Notes: a model not told the origin generated them from the sequence alone. A stretch of DNA of 64,000 bases from Verrucomicrobiota bacterium (GCA_947454705.1 CANGKZ010000005.1:128616-192615), one strand, 5' to 3'. Counted from the stretch's first letter, positions 8,605 to 19,063 are shown. Translations and numbers: made by a program.

Positions 8605-10029
8605 ATGGACCCGCGCCCACTTTCATTCTTCGCGAACGCCGCACAGGCGGTCGTGACCCCGTTTTCCGGGGCTGCGGACGCGTGCGTGACGGGCGTGGTG
8701 ACCGACTCGCGGCTGGTGGGAACCGGCAATCTGTTCATCGCCCTCAAGGGGGAACGTCACGACGCGCACGACCATCTCGGGGAAGTCGCGGCACGGGGAG
8801 CCCTGGCGGCCGTGGTGGCGCGCGATCAGGCGCATCGGGTGCCGGCAGGATTAGCTGCCCTGATCGTCGAAAACCCACGTATCGCTTTTGGTCAAATGGC
8901 GGCGGCGTACCGGCGCACGTTTGATCTGCCGGTGGTTTGCGTGGGCGGATCCAATGGCAAGACAACGACCAAGGAATTGCTCGCGGCGATTCTCTCACGA
9001 CGCTTCCGCACGCTGAAGAGCCAGGGGAGTTTCAACAACGATGTGGGAGTGCCCGCGACTCTGTTTGGTCTGGAATCCAGTCATCAGGTCGCGGTGCAGG
9101 AAGTGGGGACCAATCATCCCGGCGAGCTCGGGCCCTTGGTGACGATGTGTGATCCGAAGATCGGAGTCACGACGAGCATCGGACGCGAGCATCTGGAGTA
9201 CTTTGTGGATCTCGCCGGTGTCGCTGCGGAGGAGGGGGCCCTGGCGGAACGGCTTCCCTCGGCTTCAGCTGGCGGTGTGCTGGTGCTCAATGGCGAATGC
9301 GCCTTCCGGTCGCACCTCGCTTCGAGAACTTCCGCCCGCGTGGTCCATGCCGGGATCGGTCCCGGAAACGAGTGGACCGCCACCATCCGCGCCATGGAAT
9401 GGGGCCGCACCGTGTTCACGGTTCAGGCACCGGATTCCGCATGGAACGGGGATTATTTCATCACTTTGCCAGGTCGTCATTCAGTCTCCAACGCGCTTTT
9501 GGGACTGGCGACCGCCTACGAGCTGGGCGTGTTGCCTGGCGACGGTCGCGACGGCCTGGCGGCTTTTCAACCTGCGACCCAGCGGCTTCGTCTTCGCGAA
9601 GCCGGTGGGGTCCGCGTGCTCGATGACACCTACAACGCGAATGCCGATTCCATGATGGCCGCGCTGCGAACGCTCAAAGACTTGCCCTGCACCGGGCGTC
9701 GCGTCGCCGTGCTCGGCGACATGGCGGAGCTCGGCCCGGAGACCGCTCCGGCGCACGATGAAGTGGGCCGTGCGGCGGCGCGATTGGGCATCGATGCCGT
9801 GTTCGCCGTGGGCACCCAGGCGGAGACGACCGCTCGGGCTGCTGGCGATGGACGCGGCGTGGCTTTCTCGAATATCGAAACCGCAGCCCCGGCGATCCTG
9901 CATTTTGTCCTGCCGGGGGATGTCGTGGTGTTCAAGGGGTCGCGATCGGCCCGGATGGAACGCCTGATGGAAGCGCTGGTCCGGCAACTGGAACTGCGCA
10001 CGCCCGATCCCCTGCCCAAGGCGGCCTGA
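8605..10029 (+). CDS. murF: UDP-N-acetylmuramoyl-tripeptide--D-alanyl-D-alanine ligase
   Basis: VVTDSRLVGTGNLFIALKGERHDAHD, the P-loop GGSNGKTTTKE, DDTYNANADSM and its position before mraY support the call. Confidence 0.9.
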   Translation: MDPRPLSFFANAAQAVVTPFSGAADACVTGVVTDSRLVGTGNLFIALKGERHDAHDHLGEVAARGALAAVVARDQAHRVPAGLAALIVENPRIAFGQMAAAYRRTFDLPVVCVGGSNGKTTTKELLAAILSRRFRTLKSQGSFNNDVGVPATLFGLESSHQVAVQEVGTNHPGELGPLVTMCDPKIGVTTSIGREHLEYFVDLAGVAAEEGALAERLPSASAGGVLVLNGECAFRSHLASRTSARVVHAGIGPGNEWTATIRAMEWGRTVFTVQAPDSAWNGDYFITLPGRHSVSNALLGLATAYELGVLPGDGRDGLAAFQPATQRLRLREAGGVRVLDDTYNANADSMMAALRTLKDLPCTGRRVAVLGDMAELGPETAPAHDEVGRAAARLGIDAVFAVGTQAETTARAAGDGRGVAFSNIETAAPAILHFVLPGDVVVFKGSRSARMERLMEALVRQLELRTPDPLPKAA

Positions 10030-10035
10030 ACGACC

Positions 10036-11166
10036 ATGCTTTTCCGCCTTTCAGAACTGTTTCCGTACGCGCCTTGGACGGTGTTTAAGTACGTGACCTT
10101 CCGCACCGCGGGTGCGGCGGTGACGGCGTTGCTGTTGTCCATGCTGTTCGGGCCCGCGCTCATCGCCTGGCTCCGCGAGCTGAAGTTTAAGCAGGATTAT
10201 CGCCCCAAGGACGTTCGCGAAGGCCAGACCGGCGCCACCGCAGCCGCCGCAGCCGATACCGCCAAACGGGGGACCCCCACCATGGGAGGCATCCTGATTG
10301 TCATCGTGCTCGATGTGACTGTGCTGCTCTGGGCGCGGTGGAATCCATTGATTTTGTTGACCGTGCTTTCACTGATCGTTCTGGCCGGTCTGGGTTTCTA
10401 CGATGACTGGTTGAAGGTGACGCGTCAGACCGCGGATGGCGCTGCGTCCCGCATCAAGCTCTACATCCAGATCGCCCTTGCCGGAGCGATTGCTTTTTAT
10501 CTTTGGCGACTGCCCTCGACGCGCGGGTTGATCGAGAACGTCGAGCTCCCGTTCCTCAAGACGCCGGTTCTGATCGGAGCTCCGATCGTCGGCGGACTGC
10601 TGGTGATCCTGACCATCGTGGGCAGCAGTAACGCGGTGAATCTCACCGACGGCATGGACGGATTGGCCATCGGCTGCACGCTGATCTGTTCGCTCGCATT
10701 CCTCGTGATGAGCTACGTGGCGGGCAACGCGATTTTTGCCAAATACCTTCTCGTGACCCACGTGGACGGGGCCTCGGAATTGGCCGTGGTTTGCGGGGCA
10801 TTGATTGGCGCGAGTCTCGGATTCCTGTGGTTCAACTGCCATCCGGCGGAAGTTTTCATGGGCGACACGGGGTCGCTCGCCCTCGGCGGGGCCCTGGGAA
10901 TCATCGCCGTTCTCATTCATCAGCCCTTCGTGCTGTTCATCGCCGGCGGCGTATTCGTCGCCGAGGCGTGCAGCGTGATGCTCCAGGTGGGATGGTTCAA
11001 ATTTACCCGAATTCGGTACGGTGAAGGGCGCCGGATTTTCAAAATGTCGCCCCTCCACCATCATTTTCGCATGAAGGGGTGGCCGGAGTCGAAAATCGTC
11101 ACCCGCTTCTACATCGCCGGAATCCTCTGCGCCGTGTTGGCCCTCAGCACGTTGAAGATCCGATGA
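10036..11166 (+). CDS. mraY: phospho-N-acetylmuramoyl-pentapeptide-transferase
   Basis: The 376-aa polytopic protein carries KxGTPTMGG, NAVNLTDGMDGLA, MGDTGSLALGG and SPLHHHF motifs. Confidence 0.95.
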   Translation: MLFRLSELFPYAPWTVFKYVTFRTAGAAVTALLLSMLFGPALIAWLRELKFKQDYRPKDVREGQTGATAAAAADTAKRGTPTMGGILIVIVLDVTVLLWARWNPLILLTVLSLIVLAGLGFYDDWLKVTRQTADGAASRIKLYIQIALAGAIAFYLWRLPSTRGLIENVELPFLKTPVLIGAPIVGGLLVILTIVGSSNAVNLTDGMDGLAIGCTLICSLAFLVMSYVAGNAIFAKYLLVTHVDGASELAVVCGALIGASLGFLWFNCHPAEVFMGDTGSLALGGALGIIAVLIHQPFVLFIAGGVFVAEACSVMLQVGWFKFTRIRYGEGRRIFKMSPLHHHFRMKGWPESKIVTRFYIAGILCAVLALSTLKIR

Positions 11167-11539
11167 ACCGCCTCGAATCCAGCCTGGAAACCGCCCCGAT
11201 GACGCATTTCGCGTCAACGGGCGTTTCGCCCCTTGCACCGCCGTCCTTGCGCGGTTTAATGGGGTCCGACGGCGCGCTTTTCTGCCGTCGTTTTGGCGGT
11301 GGGCACGGCCGTGTTGGCGATCGCGAACGCTTTCTGATTCCAGGCTCCTTGTTCCAGGCTCCGGTGTTAGTCCGGCCTCTGGGAACACGAGTCAGGGTTT
11401 CCCCGAGTGGAGGAGACCGCATTGCCGCGCATTCCCGCGCGCTTCCAGCTTGGTGCCGTGGTGGCTTGAGGAGTCACCACGGCATCAATTCATCCCAAAC
11501 CATTCCTCGAACGACGCCGCACCACGGCTTCACAACACC

Positions 11540-12502
11540 ATGAGTACCCCCAATCCCCTCGCACCCCAAGGCTCCCTGCTCGAGAAGCAGGCCCGGAGCA
11601 AATCGACGCTCCAGGTGGCCGCACTGATCGTTGGTCTTCACGTTTTCGGCCTCGGCGGTTTCTTGATCCTCGGATGCAAGAGGGAGGAAGCCAAGGCCCC
11701 TGACACCGGCAGCGCCGCCGTCACCAACGAGCTCGCCGCCGCCACTTCCCCCGACACCAACGCCCCCATTTCGGCACCGCTCACCAACGCCCTCGCGGGT
11801 GCCGGTGCTGCAGCTGGAGCTGGAACCGGTGCTGGCATCGCCGCCCCGGGCGGCACGGCCGGAGCCGGCCACGCCGCCGCTGACCCTGGTGCTGCTGCGG
11901 GCGGCGCCGGTGTGGGTTCGGCCACCGGAGGCGGACTCGGTGCCGGTACTGCTGCTGCTCCCGACCCGGGTGCCGCTCCTTCGGCCGGAGCCACGGAGTA
12001 CACCGTCGAGAAGGGCGACATCGCCTTCAATCTCGCCAAGAAGCACAACGTCTCCCTCAAGGCGTTGAGCGAGGCGAATCCGAATGTCGACCTCAAGAAG
12101 CTGAAGGTCGGCGCGAAGATTCAGATTCCCGCCCCCGGTGAAGCCAAGGCTTCCAAGGGTGCGGCTGCTGCGGATTCTGCCGCGGGTACCGGTGCAGTGG
12201 CAGGTGCCGCCACCGAAGCCGCTTCGGGTGACGGATCTGTCTACCGCGTCAAGGGCGGCGACAACCTCGGCAAGATCGCCAAGAAGCACGGCGTCTCGGT
12301 CAAGGCCCTCCGCGCTGCGAACAGCCTGACCAGCGACAACATTCGCGTCGGCCAGAAGCTCAAGATTCCTGCGAAGGCCGGTGGCGCTTCCGCCGCTGCC
12401 CCTGCTGCCGCCGACACCGGAGCCGCCGCGGCTCCCGCACCGGTTGCTGCTCCTGTGGCCGCGCCGGTGTCTACGAGTCCCGCCCCGACCGGCGGTAAGT
12501 AA
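11540..12502 (+). CDS. LysM peptidoglycan-binding domain protein with TM anchor and Ala/Gly/Pro-rich linkers
   Basis: There are two LysM units (YTVEKGDIAFNLAKKHNVSLKALSEANP...KIQIP and YRVKGGDNLGKIAKKHGVSVKALRAANS...KLKIP). The ATG at 11540 is preferred over the longest ORF start at 11450. It sits where murD normally lies. Confidence 0.8.
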   Translation: MSTPNPLAPQGSLLEKQARSKSTLQVAALIVGLHVFGLGGFLILGCKREEAKAPDTGSAAVTNELAAATSPDTNAPISAPLTNALAGAGAAAGAGTGAGIAAPGGTAGAGHAAADPGAAAGGAGVGSATGGGLGAGTAAAPDPGAAPSAGATEYTVEKGDIAFNLAKKHNVSLKALSEANPNVDLKKLKVGAKIQIPAPGEAKASKGAAAADSAAGTGAVAGAATEAASGDGSVYRVKGGDNLGKIAKKHGVSVKALRAANSLTSDNIRVGQKLKIPAKAGGASAAAPAAADTGAAAAPAPVAAPVAAPVSTSPAPTGGK

Positions 12503-12627
12503 GTTCTGAGCGGGTGGGACGCGATGGGTGACCTCAGCCCGTCGCGTCCCGCTCCGCAGAGCTTTTGGTTTCGTTCGTCCGTTTTTGCCGCGCCGCCCCT
12601 CACGCCCCTCCCCAATCCAATCCAACC

Positions 12628-13743
12628 ATGAACCGCATCATCACCGCTCTGTTGCTGGCGGTCGGTTCTCTTCTGGTGCTGAGCCTGACCATGCTCGCAT
12701 CGGGCACCATGCTGAAGGCCTCCGACACGCAGGTGCAGTCCCAGGCGATTGCCTGCGCCGTGGGGTTCGTGGCGCTCTGGATCGCCGCCCGGTTGGATTA
12801 CCATTTTCTCGAACGCTGGGCCCCGGTGCTGTACGGCGTGACCTTGCTGCTGCTTGTTCTCACCCTGCTTGTGGGAACCACCAAGGGCGGCGCCCAGCGC
12901 TGGCTCTGGGGCGTGCAGCCTTCCGAATTCGCCAAACTCGGCGTGATCGTTGCCCTCGCCGCCTTTGCCTCCCGGTTTGAACACCGGATCAGCCATTTCC
13001 TTTCCGGCGTTGTCGGCATGGTCTCAGTGGCCATTCCTCCGCTCGCCTTGATTCTCGTGGAACCCGACAAGGGCACCACCGCACTGCTCGTCGGCGTGAC
13101 GGTGCTCATGATGATCGTGGCCGGCGTCCGCATCTGGCAGGCAGTCCTTCCCGCGATCGCCTGCGCGGCGCTGCTCGCCGTCATCATTTTGAACAGCGAT
13201 TACGCGATGAAGCGTGTCAACGCCTTCCTGCATCCGGAGAAAAACCGCGACGGCAACCACCAGGTTCAACAGGGGCTGTACGCGTTCGGAGCCGGTGGTG
13301 TTGAGGGCGTCGGATTGGGAATGGGATCGTTCAAGTTCAACGTCCCCGAACATCACACGGATTTCATCTTCCCGGTCGTCGGCGAGGAGCTCGGGCTTCC
13401 GTTCACGCTGGGAGTGATCGGTGTGTTCGCAGTGATTCTCATCTGCGGTGCGCTCATCACGCAGTCGGCTCAGGATCTATTCGGGTCCCTCCTTGCTGCG
13501 GGGATAACCTTTCTCATTTGTGGTCAGGCCTTGTTCAACCTCGGGGTCGTCACCAGCGTGATTCCGAACAAGGGCATCCCGCTCCCGCTGGTCAGCCGCG
13601 GTGGAACCGGTGTGGTCATGACGCTCGGCCTCATTGGAATTCTGGTCAGCGTGGCCCGCACCGGCGTGATCGGTGCCGCTGCAACTCGGCCCTTTGGCAA
13701 TCCGTTCAACCGGGAGGATACCGATCTCCCCGAAGTCGAATGA
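12628..13743 (+). CDS. ftsW: SEDS-family peptidoglycan glycosyltransferase FtsW
   Basis: The polytopic protein shows the FtsW/RodA signature (QPSEFAKL, HTDFIFPVVGEELG, IPNKGIPLPLVSRGGT). The ATG at 12628 is preferred, and the stop overlaps the murG start (ATGA). Confidence 0.9.
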   Translation: MNRIITALLLAVGSLLVLSLTMLASGTMLKASDTQVQSQAIACAVGFVALWIAARLDYHFLERWAPVLYGVTLLLLVLTLLVGTTKGGAQRWLWGVQPSEFAKLGVIVALAAFASRFEHRISHFLSGVVGMVSVAIPPLALILVEPDKGTTALLVGVTVLMMIVAGVRIWQAVLPAIACAALLAVIILNSDYAMKRVNAFLHPEKNRDGNHQVQQGLYAFGAGGVEGVGLGMGSFKFNVPEHHTDFIFPVVGEELGLPFTLGVIGVFAVILICGALITQSAQDLFGSLLAAGITFLICGQALFNLGVVTSVIPNKGIPLPLVSRGGTGVVMTLGLIGILVSVARTGVIGAAATRPFGNPFNREDTDLPEVE

Positions 13744-14960
13744 GCGCCTCGGCTTCTCCATTCACCACCCGGGTCGCCATCGCCTGCGGCGGCACCGGCG
13801 GACATCTCTTTCCGGGAGTCGCGGTCGGACGCGAACTCCTCAATCGCGGGGTCGCCGTCACCCTGTTTGTCTCCTCGAAGGAAGTGGATCGCCAGGCCGT
13901 GGCGAAGCTTCCGCCGGGATTTGAAATCGAGGTGCTGCCCGCGGTTGGATTGTCGCGCGGACGTGCCCTGGCTTCGGTCATCGCCGCGTTGCGGTCGGGC
14001 GCGCAGGCCCGTCGATTGTTCCGCAACCGTCCGGTGAATGCCGTTCTGGCCATGGGCGGATTCACCTCCTTTCCCGTCGCGCTGGCGGGCCGTTGGTGCG
14101 GAGCGACCACCTTTCTCCACGAATCCAACACCATTCCCGGCCGCGCCAATCGATGGCTCGCCCCGTGGGTGAGTGCCTGCTTCGTGGGATTCAGCGAGGC
14201 CGCCTCGCGATTGAAGAATCGCAACACCACCGTGACCGGCACCCCGGTGCGCGCCGGGTTCGTCCCGACCGATCCTGCCGCCGCGCGGATCGCCTTGGGA
14301 TTCCGTCCCGATCAGCCGCTGCTCGTCGTGATCGGTGGAAGCCAGGGAGCTGAAGGCGTCAACCGGTTGGTCGTGCAATCGCTGCCCGCGCTGCTGGAGG
14401 CGATGCCTGATCTGCAGGTGTTCCACGTGACCGGCAACCGGGACTTCGAATCGGTAACCACCGCGTTTGCCTCGTTCGGAGACCGGGTGCGCGTGACTCC
14501 CTTTCATCAAGGCATGGACGTTGCCCTCGCCGCTGCCACGGTGGCCGTGAGCCGCAGCGGTGCTTCCTCGCTCGCCGAGTTTGCCGCCATGCGCGTGCCC
14601 GCAATTCTCATCCCGTTTCCAGCCGCCACCGATGACCACCAGCGCGTGAATGCGCTGGCCATGGTCAAAGTGGGCGCATCGCGGATGCTCGAACAGCACA
14701 CGGCATCGGTATCCGATTTGGTCCACTCCGTGCGGGAGCTGATCACCGATGAGGCCGTCCGCTCGACGATGATTCAGTCGCTCTCCGCCCTCGATGCCCC
14801 GGGGGCCGCGGGGCGGATCGCGGAGCAAATTCTCTCGCAGTCCGGGGTGCTTGCCTCGGCTCCTGCCTCGCATCGGTCAGGCGAATCCCGTTCCAACCGA
14901 CGTTCGGTTGGTGTGAGCGTGGGTGTGGACGTGACCCGAACCCGGGAGACCCTCGCATGA
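13740..14960 (+). CDS. murG: UDP-N-acetylglucosamine--N-acetylmuramyl-(pentapeptide) pyrophosphoryl-undecaprenol N-acetylglucosamine transferase
   Basis: The protein starts at ATG 13740 (the longest ORF, from 13518, overlaps ftsW). VAIACGGTGGHLFPGVAV begins at residue 12, and GGSQGA and the C-terminal GASSLAEF follow. A ~40-aa Ser/Arg/Val-rich C-terminal tail is present. Confidence 0.9.
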   Translation: MSASASPFTTRVAIACGGTGGHLFPGVAVGRELLNRGVAVTLFVSSKEVDRQAVAKLPPGFEIEVLPAVGLSRGRALASVIAALRSGAQARRLFRNRPVNAVLAMGGFTSFPVALAGRWCGATTFLHESNTIPGRANRWLAPWVSACFVGFSEAASRLKNRNTTVTGTPVRAGFVPTDPAAARIALGFRPDQPLLVVIGGSQGAEGVNRLVVQSLPALLEAMPDLQVFHVTGNRDFESVTTAFASFGDRVRVTPFHQGMDVALAAATVAVSRSGASSLAEFAAMRVPAILIPFPAATDDHQRVNALAMVKVGASRMLEQHTASVSDLVHSVRELITDEAVRSTMIQSLSALDAPGAAGRIAEQILSQSGVLASAPASHRSGESRSNRRSVGVSVGVDVTRTRETLA

Positions 14961-15946
14961 GCGCGCTGCCCATCACTCCCTTTCATCCGGCGAATCCGAC
15001 CGAAGCCGCAGCCGAACTGGCCATCCAGGTGGCGGACCTGTTTCACAAGCTTCAAGGCGTGCTGCCGCTGGAGACCGTGCTCCGACGCGACGAGCCGCTG
15101 GCGCGCAAGACCACGCTCCGTGTGGGCGGACCGGCCGATATTTTTGTCGAACCCGATTGCGAGCATGCATTGGTCAGCGTGCTGGAACTCACCCAGCAAA
15201 TGGGGGTGCCGTTGTTCGTGCTCGGCCGCGGGTCCAATCTGCTGGTGCGCGACGGGGGCATTCGTGGCGTGGTCCTGTCGCTGGCCCATACCAGTTTCTC
15301 CAACATCGAAATCAACGGCACGCTGCTTCAATGCGGCGCCGGGGCACGCCTCAAAGCCATCGCCACCGAGGCGCGGCGCGCCGGGTTGGCCGGATTGGAA
15401 TTTCTCGAAGGCATTCCCGGATCGCTCGGCGGTGCCTTGCGCATGAACGCCGGGGCGATGAACGCCTGGACCTTCGACACCGTGGAACGCCTCCGCTACG
15501 TCACCCGTGCCGGAGTGATCCAGGACGTCCCGGCTGCGGAGGTGCCGGTGACCTACCGTTCCTGCCCGCTGCTCCGCGACGCCATTGCCCTCGGAGCCCT
15601 GCTGCGCGGGAAGACCGATGAGCCCGAGGCGATCAAGGGCCGCATGGACACTTACAGTCGTAAACGTTGGGATTCCCAACCCAACCAGCCCAGCGCCGGG
15701 TGCACCTTCAAGAATCCCGCCCCCACGATGCCGGCGGGGAAATTGATCGATGAACTCGGACTCAAGGGAACCCGGGTGGGCGATGCGATGGTGTCCGATG
15801 TGCACGCGAATTTCTTTGTGAACCTCGGCCACGCCACCGCGCGCGACGTGTTGGAACTGATCGAAGTGATCCGCACCCGCGCCCGCGAAGCCCGCGGGGT
15901 GGAGTTGGAAACCGAGGTTGAAATCGTGGGAGAAAATCTGCCGTGA
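14957..15946 (+). CDS. murB: UDP-N-acetylenolpyruvoylglucosamine reductase
   Basis: The FAD-binding region is LRVGGPADIFVEP ... LGRGSNLLVRDGG, and the C-terminal region is SAGCTFKNP. The start overlaps the murG stop. Confidence 0.9.
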   Translation: MSALPITPFHPANPTEAAAELAIQVADLFHKLQGVLPLETVLRRDEPLARKTTLRVGGPADIFVEPDCEHALVSVLELTQQMGVPLFVLGRGSNLLVRDGGIRGVVLSLAHTSFSNIEINGTLLQCGAGARLKAIATEARRAGLAGLEFLEGIPGSLGGALRMNAGAMNAWTFDTVERLRYVTRAGVIQDVPAAEVPVTYRSCPLLRDAIALGALLRGKTDEPEAIKGRMDTYSRKRWDSQPNQPSAGCTFKNPAPTMPAGKLIDELGLKGTRVGDAMVSDVHANFFVNLGHATARDVLELIEVIRTRAREARGVELETEVEIVGENLP

Positions 15947-16869
15947 GTGCGAACCCTCCGCGTCCTTTGACGATCACTGTTCTCCTCGGAGGACCCTCCG
16001 CCGAGCGCGAGGTATCGCTCCGTTCCGGAGCCGCCGTCGCACGCGCGCTGCGTGGACTCGGACATGTCGTGTATGAGGTGGACCCGATGCCCGGACACGT
16101 CCGTCTGCCCGAAGGCACCGAAGTCGTATTCCTCGCACTTCATGGAACCTATGGGGAGGATGGCGGCGTTCAGTCGGAACTCGATCGCCTCGGAATTCCC
16201 TATACCGGCACGGGCGCCGACGGCAGCCGCACCGCGTTTGACAAGGTGCTGACCAAGAAGCGTTGTCTGGAAGCCGGCGTGCCCACGGCCCGATTTGCGG
16301 TGTTTGATTCGGCGACGTCTCAGTGGCCGGGCGGGGATTGGACTCCTCCGGTGGTTCTCAAGCCCGTGCGGCAGGGAAGCAGCGTGGGGCTTCAATTCGT
16401 GGATCAGGTGGAACAGTTCCCGGCATCGCTTGCGGATTCGCTGCGTCATGATTCCGAAGTGTTGATGGAGGAGCGGATCGTCGGACGCGAAACCACCGTG
16501 GGCATTCTCGCTGGAGAAGCCCTGCCGGTGGTGGAAGTGCGACCCAAGAGCGGTGCCTACGATTACACCAACAAATACACCGCGGGACGGACGGAATACC
16601 TTTGCCCGGCTCCCTTTGATCCGGCCGTCACGGCACGCATTCAGCAGGCGGCGATCGGTGCCTTCCGCGCGGTGAATGGACGCGACTATGCGCGCGTGGA
16701 TGTGATGGTGCGTCCGAATGGCGATCCGATCGTTCTCGAGGTGAACACGCTCCCGGGAATGACCGAGACCAGCCTGCTGCCCAAGGCTGCCGCCGAAGCC
16801 GGGCTCTCCTTTGCCGTGCTTTGTGAACGCATGGTCCGACTCGCACTGGAACGTTCGCGTCCGCGTTGA
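15943..16869 (+). CDS. ddl: D-alanine--D-alanine ligase
   Basis: VLLGGPSAEREVSLRSG, ALHGTYGEDGGVQ and the ATP-grasp C-terminus LEVNTLPGMTETSLLPK support the call. The GTG start overlaps the murB stop. Confidence 0.9.
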   Translation: MSANPPRPLTITVLLGGPSAEREVSLRSGAAVARALRGLGHVVYEVDPMPGHVRLPEGTEVVFLALHGTYGEDGGVQSELDRLGIPYTGTGADGSRTAFDKVLTKKRCLEAGVPTARFAVFDSATSQWPGGDWTPPVVLKPVRQGSSVGLQFVDQVEQFPASLADSLRHDSEVLMEERIVGRETTVGILAGEALPVVEVRPKSGAYDYTNKYTAGRTEYLCPAPFDPAVTARIQQAAIGAFRAVNGRDYARVDVMVRPNGDPIVLEVNTLPGMTETSLLPKAAAEAGLSFAVLCERMVRLALERSRPR

Positions 16870-16874
16870 ATCCC

Positions 16875-17834
16875 ATGGCCTTTCTCTTTCAACAGTCCCG
16901 ACGCAATCGCCGCCGCGATGAGAGCTTCAGCTTCTTCGCCGAGACGGAGGAGTCGGGCGGTTCCCGTCCACGCCGCCGTGGAATGGGGGGCGTGGTGCGT
17001 TCGTTGGTTTTGTTTGCGATCCTCAGCGTGCTGGCAATCGGGCTGGTTCACGCTGCGCGGGAATACTGGCTGTACCGCATCGAATCGCTCGCCTTGAAAC
17101 GCATTCCCGTGCAGCGGGACGGTGTGTTGACCGAGGACGAAATCCGCCGCCTGGCGGGCGTGAAGTTGGGACGCAACATCCTCACCATCGATCTCTTCGC
17201 CCTGCGTCAACGCCTGGCCCGGCATCCGCGCATTGAGGATGCCACGGCTCGATTGGAGTTTCCCGATACCCTGAGCATCTCCATCCGCGAACGTACTCCG
17301 ATCGCTCGGGTGCTGCTTCCTCCGGTCGGCGGCGTTCAGGCGTTCTACCTGCTGAGCGAAAGCGGTCATGTGCTCATGCCCTTCGAGGATGGACACGCTC
17401 CGCGCGAGGTCATCGAAGCCGAGGCCAACCTGCCGATGATCACGCACGTGACGCTGAAGGACTTTAGTTCCGGGCAGGCGGTGAAGGATGATCTGGTGCT
17501 CTCCGCGCTGCGTCTCCTGGCATCGTTTGATTCGTCCCCGATGGCCGGAGTCAGCGATGTAGTGTCGGTTGATGTCGGCGTTCCGAGCGAGCTCACGGTG
17601 CTCAGCAACTACGGCGCGCGGGTCACCTTTTCCACGAGTGATTTTGAACGGCAACTCGCCGAATGGCGCACGGTGCATGACCGCGCCCTCGGCCTGAAGC
17701 GCCTGATTGGATCGCTGGACCTGAGCGTCCGGGCGAACCCTCCGTTGAAGTGGCTGGAAGCTTCGGTGCCTCCGGCTGAAATTCTTCCCAAAACGCTTCG
17801 CACGAAACGCAAACCCATCCGTCGCCATGTTTGA
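16875..17834 (+). CDS. ftsQ: cell division protein FtsQ (TM plus POTRA)
   Basis: It lies between ddl and ftsA and has a single TM helix (VVRSLVLFAILSVLAIGLV) followed by a POTRA-like segment (LKRIPVQRDGVLTEDEIRRLAGV). A TTG at 16866 is an alternative start. Confidence 0.75.
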   Translation: MAFLFQQSRRNRRRDESFSFFAETEESGGSRPRRRGMGGVVRSLVLFAILSVLAIGLVHAAREYWLYRIESLALKRIPVQRDGVLTEDEIRRLAGVKLGRNILTIDLFALRQRLARHPRIEDATARLEFPDTLSISIRERTPIARVLLPPVGGVQAFYLLSESGHVLMPFEDGHAPREVIEAEANLPMITHVTLKDFSSGQAVKDDLVLSALRLLASFDSSPMAGVSDVVSVDVGVPSELTVLSNYGARVTFSTSDFERQLAEWRTVHDRALGLKRLIGSLDLSVRANPPLKWLEASVPPAEILPKTLRTKRKPIRRHV

Positions 17835-19038
17835 TCCCGGCCAAGTCATCGTCGGTCTTGAGATCGGCACCCACAAAATCTGCGTCGCCGTTGGCGAGGC
17901 GGGGCCGAAGGGCGAGCTCACCATTTTGGGGCTCGGCCAGTGCACCTCGCGCGGCGTGCGCAAGGGCGAGATCACCGACACGCAGAAGGCCGCCGAAGAC
18001 ATTCGAGTGGCCCTCGCCGAGGCGGAGCAGCAGGCCAACGTCGAGATTCAGGAGGTGTACCTCGGCATCACCGGCAACCACATTTCCTGCGAAGACAGCA
18101 AGGGCGTGCACCCGATTGCCTCCTTTGATCGCACCATCACGCAGGAGGACATCACCGACGCCATCGCCAACGCCAAGCAGTTCAACTGCCCGGCGGGGAA
18201 TGAAGTGATCGACAGCGTGCGCCAAGATTTCTGCGTGGACGACATGCCCGGATTCGAACATCCGGTCGGGCAGGTCGGCAGCTTGCTCACCGCCAGCGTC
18301 CATGTGATCCGCGGCCGCACCGCACGGATCGAAACCGCGAAGCGCGTGGTGCAATCGATGCAAATCTCGGTGGTGAAGCCGGTGTTCAACGGCCTCGCCT
18401 CCGCCCTCGCGGTGTTGAGCCCTGAGCAGAAGCGTCAGGGAGCAATCCTCATCGACCTCGGTGCCGGAACGACCGAATACGCGTTCTTCCACGGCGGGAT
18501 TCTCCGCCACTCCGGTGTCCTTGCCATCGGCGGAGACCACGTCTCCAACGACCTCGCCTGCGGCCTCCGCATTCCGATCGATCTCGCGGAGCAGCTGAAG
18601 CGCGAGCACGGATCGGCCGTGTTCGATCCCTCGGTTCGCGGAGCCACGCATACCATTCCTGGGGAAACGGGACTCGACCCTCGCGTGCTGAGCCTGGAGA
18701 ACCTGCATCGGATCATGTCCATGCGCCTCGAGGAAACCCTCGAACTCGTCGCACGGGATCTGGCCAAGTCAGACGCGTTCGGCCTCGCCCAAGCCGGAGT
18801 GGTGCTCTGCGGTGGCGGCGCACGGACCCGCGGAATTGAGGCGCTGGTGGATCAGGTGTTCCAACTCCCGGTCGGGCTTGCCCACACCCACGCCGTGTCG
18901 GGACCGGCCGATGTCCTCTCCAATCCGGAATTCGCAACCGCCATCGGACTCGTCCGCTACGGATCGATGCGATTGCAGAAGCGGGGACGCTCCCACTTCG
19001 ACATCAAGGCCACTCTGAGCAGTCTGTTCCGTCGCTGA
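17827..19038 (+). CDS. ftsA: cell division protein FtsA (actin-like ATPase)
   Basis: VGLEIGTHKICVAVGE, ILIDLGAGTTEYAFF and VLCGGGARTRGI are actin-fold phosphate and adenosine motifs. It is followed by ftsZ. Confidence 0.9.
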   Translation: MFDPGQVIVGLEIGTHKICVAVGEAGPKGELTILGLGQCTSRGVRKGEITDTQKAAEDIRVALAEAEQQANVEIQEVYLGITGNHISCEDSKGVHPIASFDRTITQEDITDAIANAKQFNCPAGNEVIDSVRQDFCVDDMPGFEHPVGQVGSLLTASVHVIRGRTARIETAKRVVQSMQISVVKPVFNGLASALAVLSPEQKRQGAILIDLGAGTTEYAFFHGGILRHSGVLAIGGDHVSNDLACGLRIPIDLAEQLKREHGSAVFDPSVRGATHTIPGETGLDPRVLSLENLHRIMSMRLEETLELVARDLAKSDAFGLAQAGVVLCGGGARTRGIEALVDQVFQLPVGLAHTHAVSGPADVLSNPEFATAIGLVRYGSMRLQKRGRSHFDIKATLSSLFRR

Positions 19039-19063
19039 ATTCTTCCTCGTCCCCTCCACGCGC

